DNA of 64,000 nucleotides from Scyliorhinus canicula. Lineage: Eukaryota. Under the pieces are notes generated by a model that searched no databases, was not told where the DNA came from, and saw only the letters and a program-made list of their open reading frames with translations. A program made the translations under genes and the position numbers. Below are positions 35,262 through 47,881 of this stretch, piece after piece. How positions within the stretch are numbered: position 1 is the first letter of the stretch; every line of letters begins with the position of its first letter. The stretch lies in assembly GCF_902713615.1 (NCBI RefSeq), contig NC_052153.1, forward strand, positions 142,677,772 through 142,741,771. The letters run 5' to 3'.

Positions 35262-38180
35262 TGTTGAATGGTTACTGTACCCTGAACACCATGTAGGTGA
35301 TGCCCTTTTAAGACCGAGTTTGGAACCCTGGGGGACTCCGCCTCTGGCTCCACCCACTAGGGAGCCGTATATAAGGTGACACCCTGTAGGTGGCACTCAG
35401 TAAGCACACGTCTCGGTAGCTGGTTAGTTCTCTGCTTGTTAAAGCCTTCATTTACCATTCCACACTCTCGTGTCGTTTTTGAGGGTACTACAATTTAATA
35501 AGCGGATTACATTAGGATGGACGCCGGTCTCAAGCCAGAAAAGCTCAACCTGGAAGCACGGACACCGGAGGCCGCAGAAAGTTTTAAGTACTGGCTCCGC
35601 TGCTTCGAGGCCTACCTGGAATCCTCGGAAACTCCCGTCCTAGGGCCTTGCAAGCTGCGCCTACTCCACGCCCGGGTGAGCCATAGAATCTCCACCATGA
35701 TCGAGAAGGTGACCACTTACGACGAGGCGGTCGAGATCCTGCTAAAGCGTTTCGTCAAACCCATAAATGAGGAATATGAACAGCACCTGCTCTCTATCTG
35801 CCGGCAGCGCTCAGGGGAAACGCTAGACGAGTACGTGGAAAGGCTTACCGTGCTCGCTAGGAACTGCAACCATCAGGACGTGACGGTGGAAGTCCACATG
35901 AACCTACACATCCGAGACGCGTTTGTGTCCGGCATCCGTTCCACCTAGATCAGGCAGCGACTCCTCGAAAATGGAGCTAAAGAACTTCAGGACACGGTAA
36001 CACTCAGCACCTCACTGGAAGTGGCCCACCACAACCTAGGCACGTACCCCGTGGACCCTGCAAGACCCCCTTGGACTTCCCCAGACTCGGCCACGCTACT
36101 GGCCTGCACTGCACGGCGACCCACCCAGACAGGGGGCACACTGTGATATTTCTGTGGGCAGGGCCAGCACCCATGTCCATGCTGCCCAGCCCGCTCCGCC
36201 ATCTACAGCGACTGCGGGAAGAAGGGGCATTTCGCGAGGGTCTGCCTGGCCTGGCTCAAGGCCCAGAAACAAAAGGATCACCAGGCCCGAAAATCAAGCT
36301 CACAGGCCTTGCACCGCAGCTGCGCACCGGCCAGAAACGTCCATTCTGATACGTCATCGGCATCGTGCGAGTCATGGGGCAGCCACCTTGGCGGCAGCCA
36401 TCTTCTAGACCCGACACGTGCGACCGACGACGGTGGGCATTTTGTGAATCCGACTCGGCTGAGGACTAGGACTACCCGCAACTGGGAGCGATCACCCTGG
36501 ACCAATCGTGGCAAAATTATCTGCAGAATTCCACGATGCAGGTCCAGATCAACGGGCACGACACTCCCTGCCTCTTCGACTCCGGGAGCACGGAGAGCTT
36601 TATCCACCCAGAAACGGTAAGGCCGTTTAAACCGCTTCACGCAGCTTGATGCCTACCCCTTTCCCCGCATAGCAGAGATGGTCAATGCATACCTATCCCA
36701 CCTCCCAAAGCACAGCCCTTGCCTCCGGGTCCCACTTGGTCCAAATCACGGGGTATTGTATTACGGATCTCGCGATCCAGGGCGCCAAATACTCCCGTTT
36801 CCAGCTCTATATCCTCCCTCACTTCTGTGCCCCACTGCTGCTCGGTCTGGATTTCCAATGCAACCACCGAAGCCTGACCCTGAAATTCAGCGGACCCTTG
36901 CCCCCCCCTCACGGCCTTGCAACACTGAAAGTTGCACCACCCTCACTATTTGCGAACCTCACCTCTAACTGTAAGCCCGTTACCACCAGGAGCCGGCGGT
37001 ACAGTGCCCAAGATATGATATTTATCAAGTCAGAGGTCCAGCGTTTACTGGCAGAGGGGGTCATCGAGGCCAGCAACAGCCCCTGGAGAGCACAAGTGGC
37101 GGTAGTACGGTCCGGGGAAAAGAAACGGATGGTCGTGGACTACAGCCACACCATAAACCGCTTCACGCAGCTCGATGCGTACCCCCTTACCCGCGTAGCA
37201 GAGATGGTCAATCAGATCACTCAATATCGTGTATTCTCCACTGTCGTCCACAAATCCGCCTACCACCAGCTCCCTATCCGACTGAAAGACCGCCCCTATA
37301 CTACTTTTGAAGCAGCCGGCCAGCTCGTCCACTTCCTCAGGGTCCCCTTCGGTGTCACAAATGGGTTCTCCATCTTCCAGAGGGCGATGGACCAAATGGT
37401 GGACCAGTACGACCTGCGGGCTACTCACCCGTACTTGGACAATGTCACCATCTGCGGCCATGATCAGCAGGACCATGACGCGAACCTTGAAAAGTTCCTC
37501 CAGACCGCCCGGGCCCTCAACCTGACCTACAACAAGGAAAAATGCGTTTCCACACAACCCGAATAGCCATCCTCGGCAACGTCATGGAAAACGGGGTCCT
37601 AGGTCCCGGCCCCGACCGCATGCTCCCCCTTAAGGAACTTCCCCTTCCCCGTAGCCTCAAGGCCCTCAAACGGCGCTTGGGGCTTTTCTCGTATTACCCA
37701 CAGTGGGTCCCCAGATATGCGGACAAAGTCCACCCGCTCATAAAGACCATGACATTTCCCCTGATGGCTGAGTCCCGGTCGACCTTCAGTCGCATCAAGG
37801 CCGACATCATCAAGGCCGCAATGCACACGGTGGACGAAACCATCCCTTTCCAGGTTGCGAGCAATGCACCGGACATCGCCCTGGCTGCTGCCCTCAACCA
37901 GGCAGGCAGGCCAGTAGCTTTCTTCTCCCGGACCCTCACCGCCTCCGAGATTCAGTACTCCGCAGTCGAAAACGAGGCACAAGCCATTGTGGAGGTTGTG
38001 AGCACTGGCGGCACTACCTAGCCGGTAGGAGGTTCACCCTCATTACCGACCAACAGTCGGTAGCCTTCATGTTTGGCAACGCATAACGGGGCAAAATTAA
38101 AAATGATAAAATCTTGAGGTGGAGGATCAAACTCCACCTACACGTATGATATCAAGTATCGTCCTGGGGAGCTCAACGAC
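35262..38180 (+). mobile_element. Gypsy copy B (self-complementary-PBS lineage): 5' LTR 35262-35492, gag, PR, RT, RNase H; 3'-truncated
   Basis: gag MDAGLKPEKLNLE...YWLRCFEAYL; CCHC remnants; PR LFDSGS; RT SPWRAQV...YLDNVTICG; RNase H ALAAALNQAGRPVAFFSRTL. Confidence 0.93.
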
Positions 38181-41100
38181 TAGACTATTATACAAAATAA
38201 TCTGAGGAGACTCAGGTACAGCATGAACGTTTATTAGCCAACACATTGAGACAGCACAACCTCAGAGAAAAGTCTCTGAAGATGACTCTTTCTAACTGAG
38301 GAATCAAGTAATATTTATACACTGTAGGTCACATAGGCAAAAGCATTATTTACATTTGAACATTTTCGGGTTCAAACTTTACATTAAACTACTTCCAGAT
38401 GTTCACCCAGGCAGAGTGAGTATTTTCTACCCTTTTTGTTTTATGTTCTTTCCCTAATCTCTTCTCTTGTCATTGGACTGTTGGTTGCGTCTGCAACTTT
38501 AGGTTCTTAGAAAGTCAAGCTAGACAGAAATACATGTTATTGAGGGGTTCGTAGATAGCTTGGAAAAAACAAGTTTGCTGAGGTCAGTAAAATCCAGTTT
38601 GACTGGAAAAGATCTTATTGAGAGTCTTGCAGACGGTGTCTAGGAAAACAAGTTTTCTCAGGTCACTGAGGAACCAGCTAGACTGAAAAACATGTTATTG
38701 AGGGTCTTGCAGGTGTATTTTATTGCTGTGTAAACATTCAGTCAGCATCGTTTGTGGCTTTTGATACATAAGCATGTTGTTGGTTGGTGCCTCTATCCTG
38801 ACTGTGGAATTGTCCTCTACTATTCTAATATACTATATAATACACTATTTAAGTTAAAAAACTCCTATGATTATTGCTTATCCTAATAAATAATTGTAAT
38901 TAAACCATATTTATTAGCTCCCTTTTTACATACATAACGGGCGAGATTCTCCGCACTCCCGACGGTGCGGAGAATAGCGGCCGTTTTTTTACGGCCGGCA
39001 GCGATTCTCAGCTGATAGATGGGCCGAGTTCCCAGCCCTTTACGGCTGTTTTTACGATCGGCAAACACACCTGGTCTGGCTGTTCATAAAAACGGCCGTA
39101 AACACTCGCATTTTATAACCATGGCACCGATTGGCACGGCAGTACCACGGCCGTGCCAAGGGTGCCATGGGCCCGCGATCGGTGGGCACCGATCGCGGGC
39201 AGCGGGCCCGATGCCCGCGCACTATTTCTCCTTCCGTCGCCCCGCAGTATCCATTCGCGGAGCGGCTGAGGGGCAACCCGGCCCGCGCATGCGCGGGTTT
39301 CGCACAAATGCGCGATGACGTCATCCGCGCATGCGCGGGTTGGAGTCTTCCAATCCGCGCATGCGCGGCTGACGTCATATGACGCGTCAGCCGGCGCTAA
39401 CTCCGGCAAGCGGGCTTAACGAAATTCGTTAAGCCCGTGATGCCGGAGCTTACGGCGTCGGGCTGCTAGCCCCGACCGGGGACCAGAATCGGTTCCCGGT
39501 CGGGAAGGGGGGGGCTGGCGTCAAACCCGCCCGGGTTTGACGCCAGCCTTACGATTTCTCCCGTTTTGGGAGAATCGCGCCCAACATATCTCCCCCTTTA
39601 CTCCTGTAGTGAGACAACAAATATTAACTTAAACTTTCACTCAAGGAGAACAGTAATTATTTAACCAAGTATTACATATACACAGCAGTACGAGACTCTT
39701 TTAGGTAGACATCGGTTCCACTTAGGCAGAATCTGTCATTCAAGAGTCCTTGTTCTCACACTCTCGGTAATTTGTTCCACACTAGGCTCAGGCACATCAT
39801 CTACTAAATTGGTTCTTCTTCAGCTTCTATAGATGCTGTTGGTTCGACTGTTGTAGAATCTGAATTCGGCTCAGTCAGAATCATAGATCCAGGGTTTTGC
39901 AAACCTTGAGTGCCCGATGTTGGACTTTCAGGTACCGACTCTGTAAATTCTTTTTCTGAAGCGAGGATTTGATCGGTCTGTCTCCTCCAAACTCTCTTGT
40001 CATTGGTTTGCACCGCACAAGAAATCGGCCTGATCCTTTGTGAGCATCGTGGGAGGTACCCACTTCTCACTTGAAGAGTAGTTTATTTTTAAAACTCTTT
40101 CTCCTTGCTCAAAACGTCTTGGTTGCGATGTCTGTTCACAGAAAGCAACTTGGTTTTGTACAATAGTGGTAATGTCAGGTGGTCAGAGTAAACCAAACTT
40201 GGTTCTCAACTTCCGTTTGAAAAACAGTATTGCCAGCAAGTTTTGGATTGTCGCATGGGCAATGTTTCTATGGGTAATGAGAAAATTCTTTGCTCTCTTA
40301 GTTAACGGTCCTTCATCCTGCTTTGATGGTATTCTTCAATGAGTGTCCCAGCCTGTCCACCAATCCTTTGTGGAAGGATGATAAGACGCAGTTTTTACCT
40401 TTTGAATGTCATTGTCTCAATGCCATTGCATTGCCAATGATTCGTTTGACAAATTCGTTTGACATGAACTGAGTCCCGTTATCGCTAACTAGTTGTTCTG
40501 GTTTGCCAAAACTTTATCCAGACTTTCAATTGTCTTTTCCACAGTCGCTGACTTCATTATTATTATTTTGGGGCATTTGGAATATGCAACCACTGAGAAA
40601 AGAAACATGTCTCCTTCAATTTATCCTGTGAATTTGATGTGCACTCTTTTCCATAGTTGCTTTGGCCAATCCCAAAGGTTAAATTGTTGAAGAGGTGAGG
40701 ATTTTCATATCCTAGCACAACTGACATTGACCTATTCTTTCTTCAATATGAGCGTAGTCCCGGCCACCAGAAATAACTCCTTGCAAGCTCTTTCGTACAT
40801 CTAACCCCTGAATGTCCTTTGTGGAGTCGATCCAGTATATGACTCTGCAAGCATGGAGGAATGGTGACTCAGATCCTCCATTTTGTACATTTCATTCAAG
40901 TTCCCTTGTTTGGTATGGCTTGAAGTCCGAATTCCTCCTCTGTTAATCCACTGGTATGCCTTTCAAGATCATGTCCATAATCTTCCCCATCACCGTTTCT
41001 GACCTCATGTGCCTTTACGCTTGAGATGCAGTAATTGATACTATGTACCTGGGAAAAGTACACATAGTTTACATGGTTCTCCTGTCATTCAGCTTTGTGC

Positions 41101-42290
41101 TGCCTTGGTAAACATGATAGAGCATCGACATTTGCATGCTGCTCCGATCTTTTGCATTTAATCTCATAATTATGCACTGATAAGATGAGGAACCATCTCT
41201 GCAAACAACTCATAGCCCGAGATGGTATTCCTTTATATGGACTAAAAATTGCTGTTAACGGCCTGTGGCCTGTTAACAAGGTAAAATGTCTTCCATGCAA
41301 GTAGTGATGAAATTGTCTGATTCCAACAATTATACTCCAGGTTTCCTTTTCCAATTGAACATAACTCTGATCAGCGCTTGTCCACATCCACAAAGCGAAA
41401 ACTATTGGTCTTTCATGTCCATTTGGCATTATATGAAAGACAACTGCATACACCCCATAGGCTCATGTGTCACATCCGAGTTGTATTTTCAACTTAGCGT
41501 TGAAATGAACTACAAGTTGTGATTTTTTTCATCACATTTATTACCTCGTTACACGCCTCTTCGCAGTCTTATGTCCAAGATGTTTGTTGGTCCATACATA
41601 ATAATGTATGAAGTGGTTTCAATATGATAGAGAGATTTGGAATAATCTTTTTACGGTAATGGATGAGTCGCAAAAAAGATCTCAGTTATGATACATTTTG
41701 TGGTCTTGGTGCATGTAAAATTATCTTCTTAGGTTCCTGGTGGAACCTATCCTTATTCATTACATGGCCAAGATAGATTATTGATGAATGGAAAAATTCA
41801 TATTTCTCTTTATGCTCCAATATGCCTTCTAAATTCTTTAGGTGCTCCTGTTCAATCCTGCTGGTAAATAAAATGTCATCCAAATAACATTGAGCACAGT
41901 TGAGGCCACTAAGAATTTGATCCATGGACCTTTCGACATTATTTTGAAGACATTATTCCGAATGGCAGGTAGGTGCTAGTACCTGACCAGTCCTTTGTGT
42001 GTTATAATGCTTTGATGAGGTTGCGACTCAGCTGCTACCTTCATCTAGAGGTATGCTTGGGACAAATTTATCTTCCTGAACTGTTGTGAACCAGACAATT
42101 CAGCAAATAGGTTCTTTATTAATGGTAAGGAATACTGGTCAGCACACAACACTGGATTGATTATCATTTTAAAGTCACCACAGATTCTTACTGAGCCATC
42201 TGGCTTGATAACTGGGACAATTGGGGTTGCCCAATAGCTCATCGTCACACTCTCAATCAGTCCATCCTAAAAGCAGACTATAGGTAGCCA
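38180..42290 (-). mobile_element. Degraded Gypsy (Mag-like) copy D: 3' LTR ~38180-38938 (+39583-86), PPT, INT, RNase H, RT
   Basis: PPT aaagggggagata next to the LTR; YWATPIVPVIKPDGSVRICGDFK; YLDD; GHERPIVFA...LEKE. Confidence 0.85.
38939..39582. mobile_element. Young CpG-rich Harbinger MITE
   Basis: TIRs gggcgagattctcc / ggagaatcgcgccc; perfect TSD AAC. Confidence 0.9.
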
Positions 42291-42302
42291 GGAAGTACGT
42301 TG

Positions 42303-42540
42303 ATAATAATAATTTTCATTAGTGTCACATGTTGGCTTACGTTAATAATGAAATGAAGTTACTGTGAAAATCCCTGAGTCGCCACACTCTGGCACCTGTT
42401 TGGGTACACTGAGGGAAAATGTCCAATTCACTTAACAGTACATCTTTCAGGACTTGTGGGAAGAAACTGGAGTACCCGGAGGAAACCCACGCATACACGG
42501 GGAGAAAGTGTAGGCTCTGCACAGACAGTGACCCAAGGCG
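42303..42540 (-). mobile_element. V-SINE with tail B
   Basis: Reverse complement of the 10303-type element. Confidence 0.8.
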
Positions 42541-42544
42541 GGAA

Positions 42545-43832
42545 TTAGGACCTCAAGGGTTGTTATCTCAGGATTACGAGCTGTACCACATGCTTGGAAG
42601 AGTAGAAATAGCAAGATATATCAGATGAATAGATGGCTGATGAGATGGTGTGAGGGGGAGGGCTTCAGATCCCTGGGACATTTGGGATCTGTTATGGAGA
42701 AGGTGAACCAATACAAACTGGATGGGTTTGACCTAGGCAAGACTGGGACTGATGTCCTGGGGTGGGGGGTGGGTACTTGCTCCAGCAGTTGGGGAGGATT
42801 TAAATTAATAGCACAAGGGTTGGGAACTTATGTAAGGATTCAGAGCAGGGAGAATGAAGCACAAATTAAGGCAAGGAGAATAAAAAAAGTGATAGGCAGA
42901 GAAATCAAGGGCCAGAATCAGTTAAGGACATAGTAAAAAATAGTAGTGAAGGGACATGGAACGTTAAAAAGACTAGCCTTAAGGTTTTGTACCTGAATGC
43001 TCAGAGTATTTGAAATAAAATGGATGAATTTATTGCGCAGATAGATGTAACAGGATAGGATATAGTTGAGATTCTGGAGACATGGCTCCAAGGTGACCAA
43101 GGATGGGAACTAATCATAAGGGCTGTTCAGTTTTTAGGAAGGAGAGACAGAAAGGGAAATGTGGTGGAATTGTATTATTAATCAATGAAAATATTAATAA
43201 AATATTGAGGAAAGATCATGTGGAATCTGCATGGGCCATGTTACAAAACACCAAGGGACAAAAACATTTGTAGGGGTGATAGACATGCCACCAAAATATA
43301 GTGGTAATGTTGGGAATAGCATGAGACAGGAAATGCACGTAATAAAGAATATTCTGTTTGTGGGTGACTTTAATCAGCATATAGATTTGGTGAGTCAAAT
43401 TAGTCACAGTGCAATAGAGGAATTTTTGGGGTGTATACAGGATGGTTTTCTGGACCAATAAGTTGAGGAACCAACAATGGAACAGGCCATCTTGGACTGG
43501 GTATTGTGCAATGAGAAAGGATTAGTTGGCAATACAGTTGTGAGAGAACCATTGGGGATGAGTGACCAAAATATGAGAGAATTCTTTATCAAGGTGGATA
43601 ATGAGGTAGTTGATTCGATCTTGAATCTCAGTAAAGGTAACTATGATGGTATGAGGCATGAGTTGGCTCTGACGGACTGGGAAACATTACTGAAAGGAAG
43701 GACAGTGGACAGGCAATCGCAGGCATTCAAGGAATGAATAGATGAACTCCAAAAGTTGTTTATTCCTATTTTGTGCAAGAGCAGAAAGGGAACTGTGGCA
43801 AAACCATAGCTGACAAGGGAAATTAGAGATAG
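42545..43832 (+). mobile_element. Degraded CR1 fragment (ORF1 end to endonuclease)
   Basis: MNRWLMRWCEGEGFR; VGDFN; EQAILDWVLCNE. Confidence 0.8.
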
Positions 43833-43833
43833 T

Positions 43834-44155
43834 GGGCATGATTTAATGGAAATGAAACAGAGTCCCATGTCGAGCCAGGCAACGCCCCACCTAGGCTGCA
43901 CTTAGTCTCATTTTGTGCATTGAGGAGCGACAGTCACCAGTGTAGGAAGAGATCGGGGCGCTATCTCAAAACCCCCCAACGCAACCTCCGACTTCCACAA
44001 TGCCTCAACTCACCTATAAGAGGGCCATCGAGTACCGCACATTGTACCTAATAAGGGTACCCCCTGGCCCGATCCCTGGTGTGGGCAAAATGCCACCCAG
44101 GCACCTTGGCACTGTCAGCCTGGCACTCTGACAGCCTGGCAGTACCACCTGGTGA
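43834..44155. mobile_element. Harbinger-type non-autonomous fragment (one TIR)
   Basis: Starts gggcatgatttaatgg; shares ggcaccttggcac blocks with 1589-2375. Confidence 0.5.
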
Positions 44156-44159
44156 TTCA

Positions 44160-46010
44160 GGGGTCCACCTAAAATATGAAAACTTTATTTATCAGACCTC
44201 AGTGACACACCTTGGATTTTGTGTTGATGTGACAAGTTTGCACCAATTAGAAATCAAGGCCGGGATTCTCCACTATCCAGCGGGTCAAGACTCACCGGCG
44301 CCGAGGAGTAGCATGAACTACTCCGGCATCGGGCTGCCCAGAAGGTGCGGAATCCTCTGCACCTTCAGGGGCTAGGCCGCCGGGGTTGGCACTGTGCCAA
44401 CCAGCGGCGAAGGGCCTCCGCCGGCTGGCGTGAGTTGACACATGCGGAGGAGCGCCAGCGTGTTCTGGCGTGATCCCAGCGCATGCGCAGGGGGATTCTT
44501 TCCGCACCAGCTATGGCAGACCATTACAGCAGCCGGCGTGGAGAGAAAGAGTGCCCCCACGGCACAGGCCCGCCCGCAGATCGGTGTTGCACAATCATGG
44601 GCCAGGCCACCGTAGCCCCCCCCCCCCCCCCCCCCCCGGGCCAGATCCTCCCGCGCCCCCCCGAGAACTTCGCAGGCTGCTCGCAGAGCCAGGACCCGCC
44701 AGTAAGGACCTTGCTTGATTTACGCCGGCGGGACTTGCTGAAAACGGGCGGCCACTCGGCCCATCGAGGAGCGGAGAATCATCGGCGGGGCCACTGCCAA
44801 CGGCCCCTGACCGGCGCGACTCGATTCCCGCCCCTGCTGAAAAACTGGCCCGGCGGGTGTCAGAGAATCCCACCCAAAGGTCAAGGCCACATGAGACGTC
44901 CCTGCATCCAAAACTGTCAGCAATCATAAGTCCCTCCTTGGTATGGTCAATTACTATAAAGGCTTATTTTGAATCTAGCCACAACATTGGCATGATTACA
45001 TCAGCCATTAAGGAAAAATCAGTGGTGGCGATGGAGGGAACCTCAAGTGGAATCTTTCTGAGTTGTGAAGCAAATATTACAGTCATCAAACTGCATTTTG
45101 ATCCGGGGAAACAAATTGTGCTAACATGTGACACATCGCCTTCAGGTAAAGGGTCCATTTTATTCCATGAATTCCCTATTGCCTTTGACTCAAGGACCCT
45201 TTCTGAAGCACAACAAAACTATGCCCTGATTAAGAAGGAGGGCTTAGCAGTTATATTCGGTGTGAAGAAATTGCACTCGCAAGTGTGCAGTTGGCGGGTC
45301 AACATCGTGGCTGACCACAAGTCATTACTGGATCTGTTGAGTGCAGACAAGCCCATATGTCCATAGCCTCAGCAAAGGTGCAGCATTGGGCCCTCTTTTT
45401 GGCGGCTTACGACTATGCCTTTCAGCACCGACCTGGAATGCAAATTACTAATGCAGATGTATTAGGCCACCTGCCCCTACCCTAGAGCATTCCACTGCTA
45501 TCCCAGGAGATCATTCTAGCTCTAAACTTCCTCAACACATTGTCCGCAGGGCACATCCGCAGCTGGACCCAAAGAGATCGTATTCTTTCAATGGTCAAAT
45601 TAATGATATAGTCTGGCTGGTGTTACGGGAAGTCTGCACTGCTGAGACTCTACTGCACTCATCAAGACGAGTTGACATGTGAAGAGAGCATGATTCACTG
45701 GGGATCATGGGTCGTCTTGCCTCAGGCCAGGGGGGGTCCCTCCTTCAAGAGTTACACGGTTCCCACCTAGGGCAGATAAAGGAGAAGATGTTGGCATGCA
45801 GAGACAAACTCATTGAAGAACTAGTACAACAGTACCACCCTTGTCAAATGCAGCAATCTTTGCCTCCTTCCACTACCCTTCACCTCTGGGAATGGCCAGG
45901 TCACCTGTGGGCCTGGATCCACATTGATTGTGCGGGTCCATTCCTTGGCAAAATGCTTCTGGTTGGATGGCCAGACGCTCTTGGAGGTGGAAATCATCCC
46001 AGAGAGGGGT
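44160..46010 (+). mobile_element. Gypsy (Mag-like) pol fragment: RT end, RNase H, integrase start
   Basis: LTCDTSP...SRTLSEAQQNYALIKKEGLAVIFGVKK; LHGSHLG...WEWP...HIDCAGPFLGKM. Confidence 0.85.
44258..44875. mobile_element. GC-rich Harbinger MITE in Gypsy RT
   Basis: TIRs ggccgggattctcc / agagaatcccaccc; CAA-type TSD; related to 51232-51956. Confidence 0.8.
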
Positions 46011-46316
46011 TCAAGCCATGACGAGAACCACTGAACAGCTAATTAGTCATGAAGTCCGGCCTCCCCAATCCTCCGATAGCAGGCTCACCCAAACCTTTCT
46101 TCCGGGTGATAGGTCCACTGTCTCCATGAAAGATTCAAGCCATACATTGGTACTGAGGACAAATACTGAGCATTTCTACTCTTACTGGGGTTTATTCAGC
46201 TCTTCTGCCAATTTTACACTTACAAGAGGCAAATCAGAAAAATCACCAGGATAATTCACCCAAACTTACTCTGAATAGATTCTAACTCATAATATTCTAA
46301 CTCACAATAATAATAG

Positions 46317-46672
46317 GGGCAACACGGTAGCATTGTGGATAGCACAATTGCTTCAAAGCTCCAGTTTCCCAGGTTCGATTCCCGACTTGGGTCACTGTCT
46401 GTACGGAGTCTGCACATCCTCCCCGTGTGTGCATGGGTTTCCTCCGGGTGCTCAGGTTTCCTCCCACAGTCCAAAGATGTGCAGGTTAGATGGATTGGTC
46501 ATGATAAATTGCCCTTAGTGTCCAAAATTGCCCTTAGTGTTGGGTGGGTTAACTGGGTTATGGGGGTAGGGTGGAGGTGTTGACCTTGGGTAGGGTGCTC
46601 TTTCCAAGAGCCGGTGTAGACTCGATGGGCCGAATGGCTTCTTTCTGCCCAGTAAATTCTAAATTCTATGAT
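46317..46672 (+). mobile_element. HE1-type V-SINE, full length
   Basis: Head, V-core and CR1-type tail. Confidence 0.9.
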
Positions 46673-47305
46673 AATATGATTTCTCTATATAATTAAGACT
46701 GAGAATTATCTAATTGGCTCATAACTGTTAAACATCCAATCAGCTCAGTTTCCTGACTTCTTGCAACCTTTCATTGCTCACAATTGTTCTGTTGCTATGA
46801 CATTGATTGTAGACAGTAACTAAAAATAAATCCCAAATTGTATTTGAAAAACACTTCTAACCTTCCCAATGTAATGAATTCAATTGTGCAGATCTATCTG
46901 TTTCAATAATTAGGTCCATAGCTTGTTTTCATGTTGTATTAACTCCTGCATGCTGATTGCACAATTAACCCACATCTTCTCTTCCTAGATATTTGAATTT
47001 TTAAAACTATCTCAGGAAGTGAAGACCTGTATTGAATATTATGATGCTGTACTTTGCAAAGGCTATGCCAGAACATACCAGATTCAACTTCTGGCCCAAG
47101 AGATTGAATAGCCGCTTAAAATGGCTGGGGACAATCTATGGCAGTCCTTGCCCATACAGTCATACTGCCTCTTTCTTGTGTGTACAGACAGTGCTATTGG
47201 TTGCACACTTCTCAGGCATGGGGTTGAGGAGGAGTGGGTGGCACTGGAAGGCCGGACACTGCTTAATGACAGCCATCACCTCTTAAATGCAGGTGTACTC
47301 TAGCT

Positions 47306-47645
47306 TCAAGGACTACACAACAACCATTGAAGGAGGGAATGGGCTGGCACTAGAGTTCTCTGATGCTGGACTGGAGGTCTTTGTGCACACAATGGACGGG
47401 AGTGGGACATTGAAGACTGCTCTGTCACGAAGGCAAAGTTGTGGAATATGCAACATACTCCCATAAATGTGACTACCTGCTCTGGGGTGCACTCCAAAAC
47501 TCCTATGGAAAGATCCAGGTAGCGGAAGGGTTGTTTGATTACACTGATTATTTGCTCATTTAATGTCTTGTAACAGCCTGACTCGACAGCTGTGAGTGGC
47601 TTCCTGAGAGGAGCCATGAACCACTCTATACTGTTGTCCAACAGC
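47306..47645 (-). pseudogene. Old Harbinger transposase C-terminal remnant
   Basis: WFMAPLRKP...FRYLDLSIGVLECTPEQV...VCCIFHNFA fits the DDE_Tnp_4 C-terminus. Confidence 0.7.
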
Positions 47646-47654
47646 CAGTGTGTG

Positions 47655-47881
47655 TGGTTAGCACTGTTGCTTCACAGCGCCAGGAACCCGGGTTCGATTC
47701 TCAGCTTGGGTCACTGTTCGGAGTCTTCACGTTCTCCCCATGTCTGCGTGGGTTTCCACTGGGTGCTCCGCTTTCCTCCCACAAGTCCCGAAAGACATGC
47801 TTATTAGGTGAATTGGACATTCTGAATTCTCCCTCAGTGTACCCGAACAAGCGCCGGAGTGTGGCGACTAGGGCATTTTCC
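47655..47881 (+). mobile_element. V-SINE with tail B, partial
   Basis: Head, V-core and start of tail B. Confidence 0.8.
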
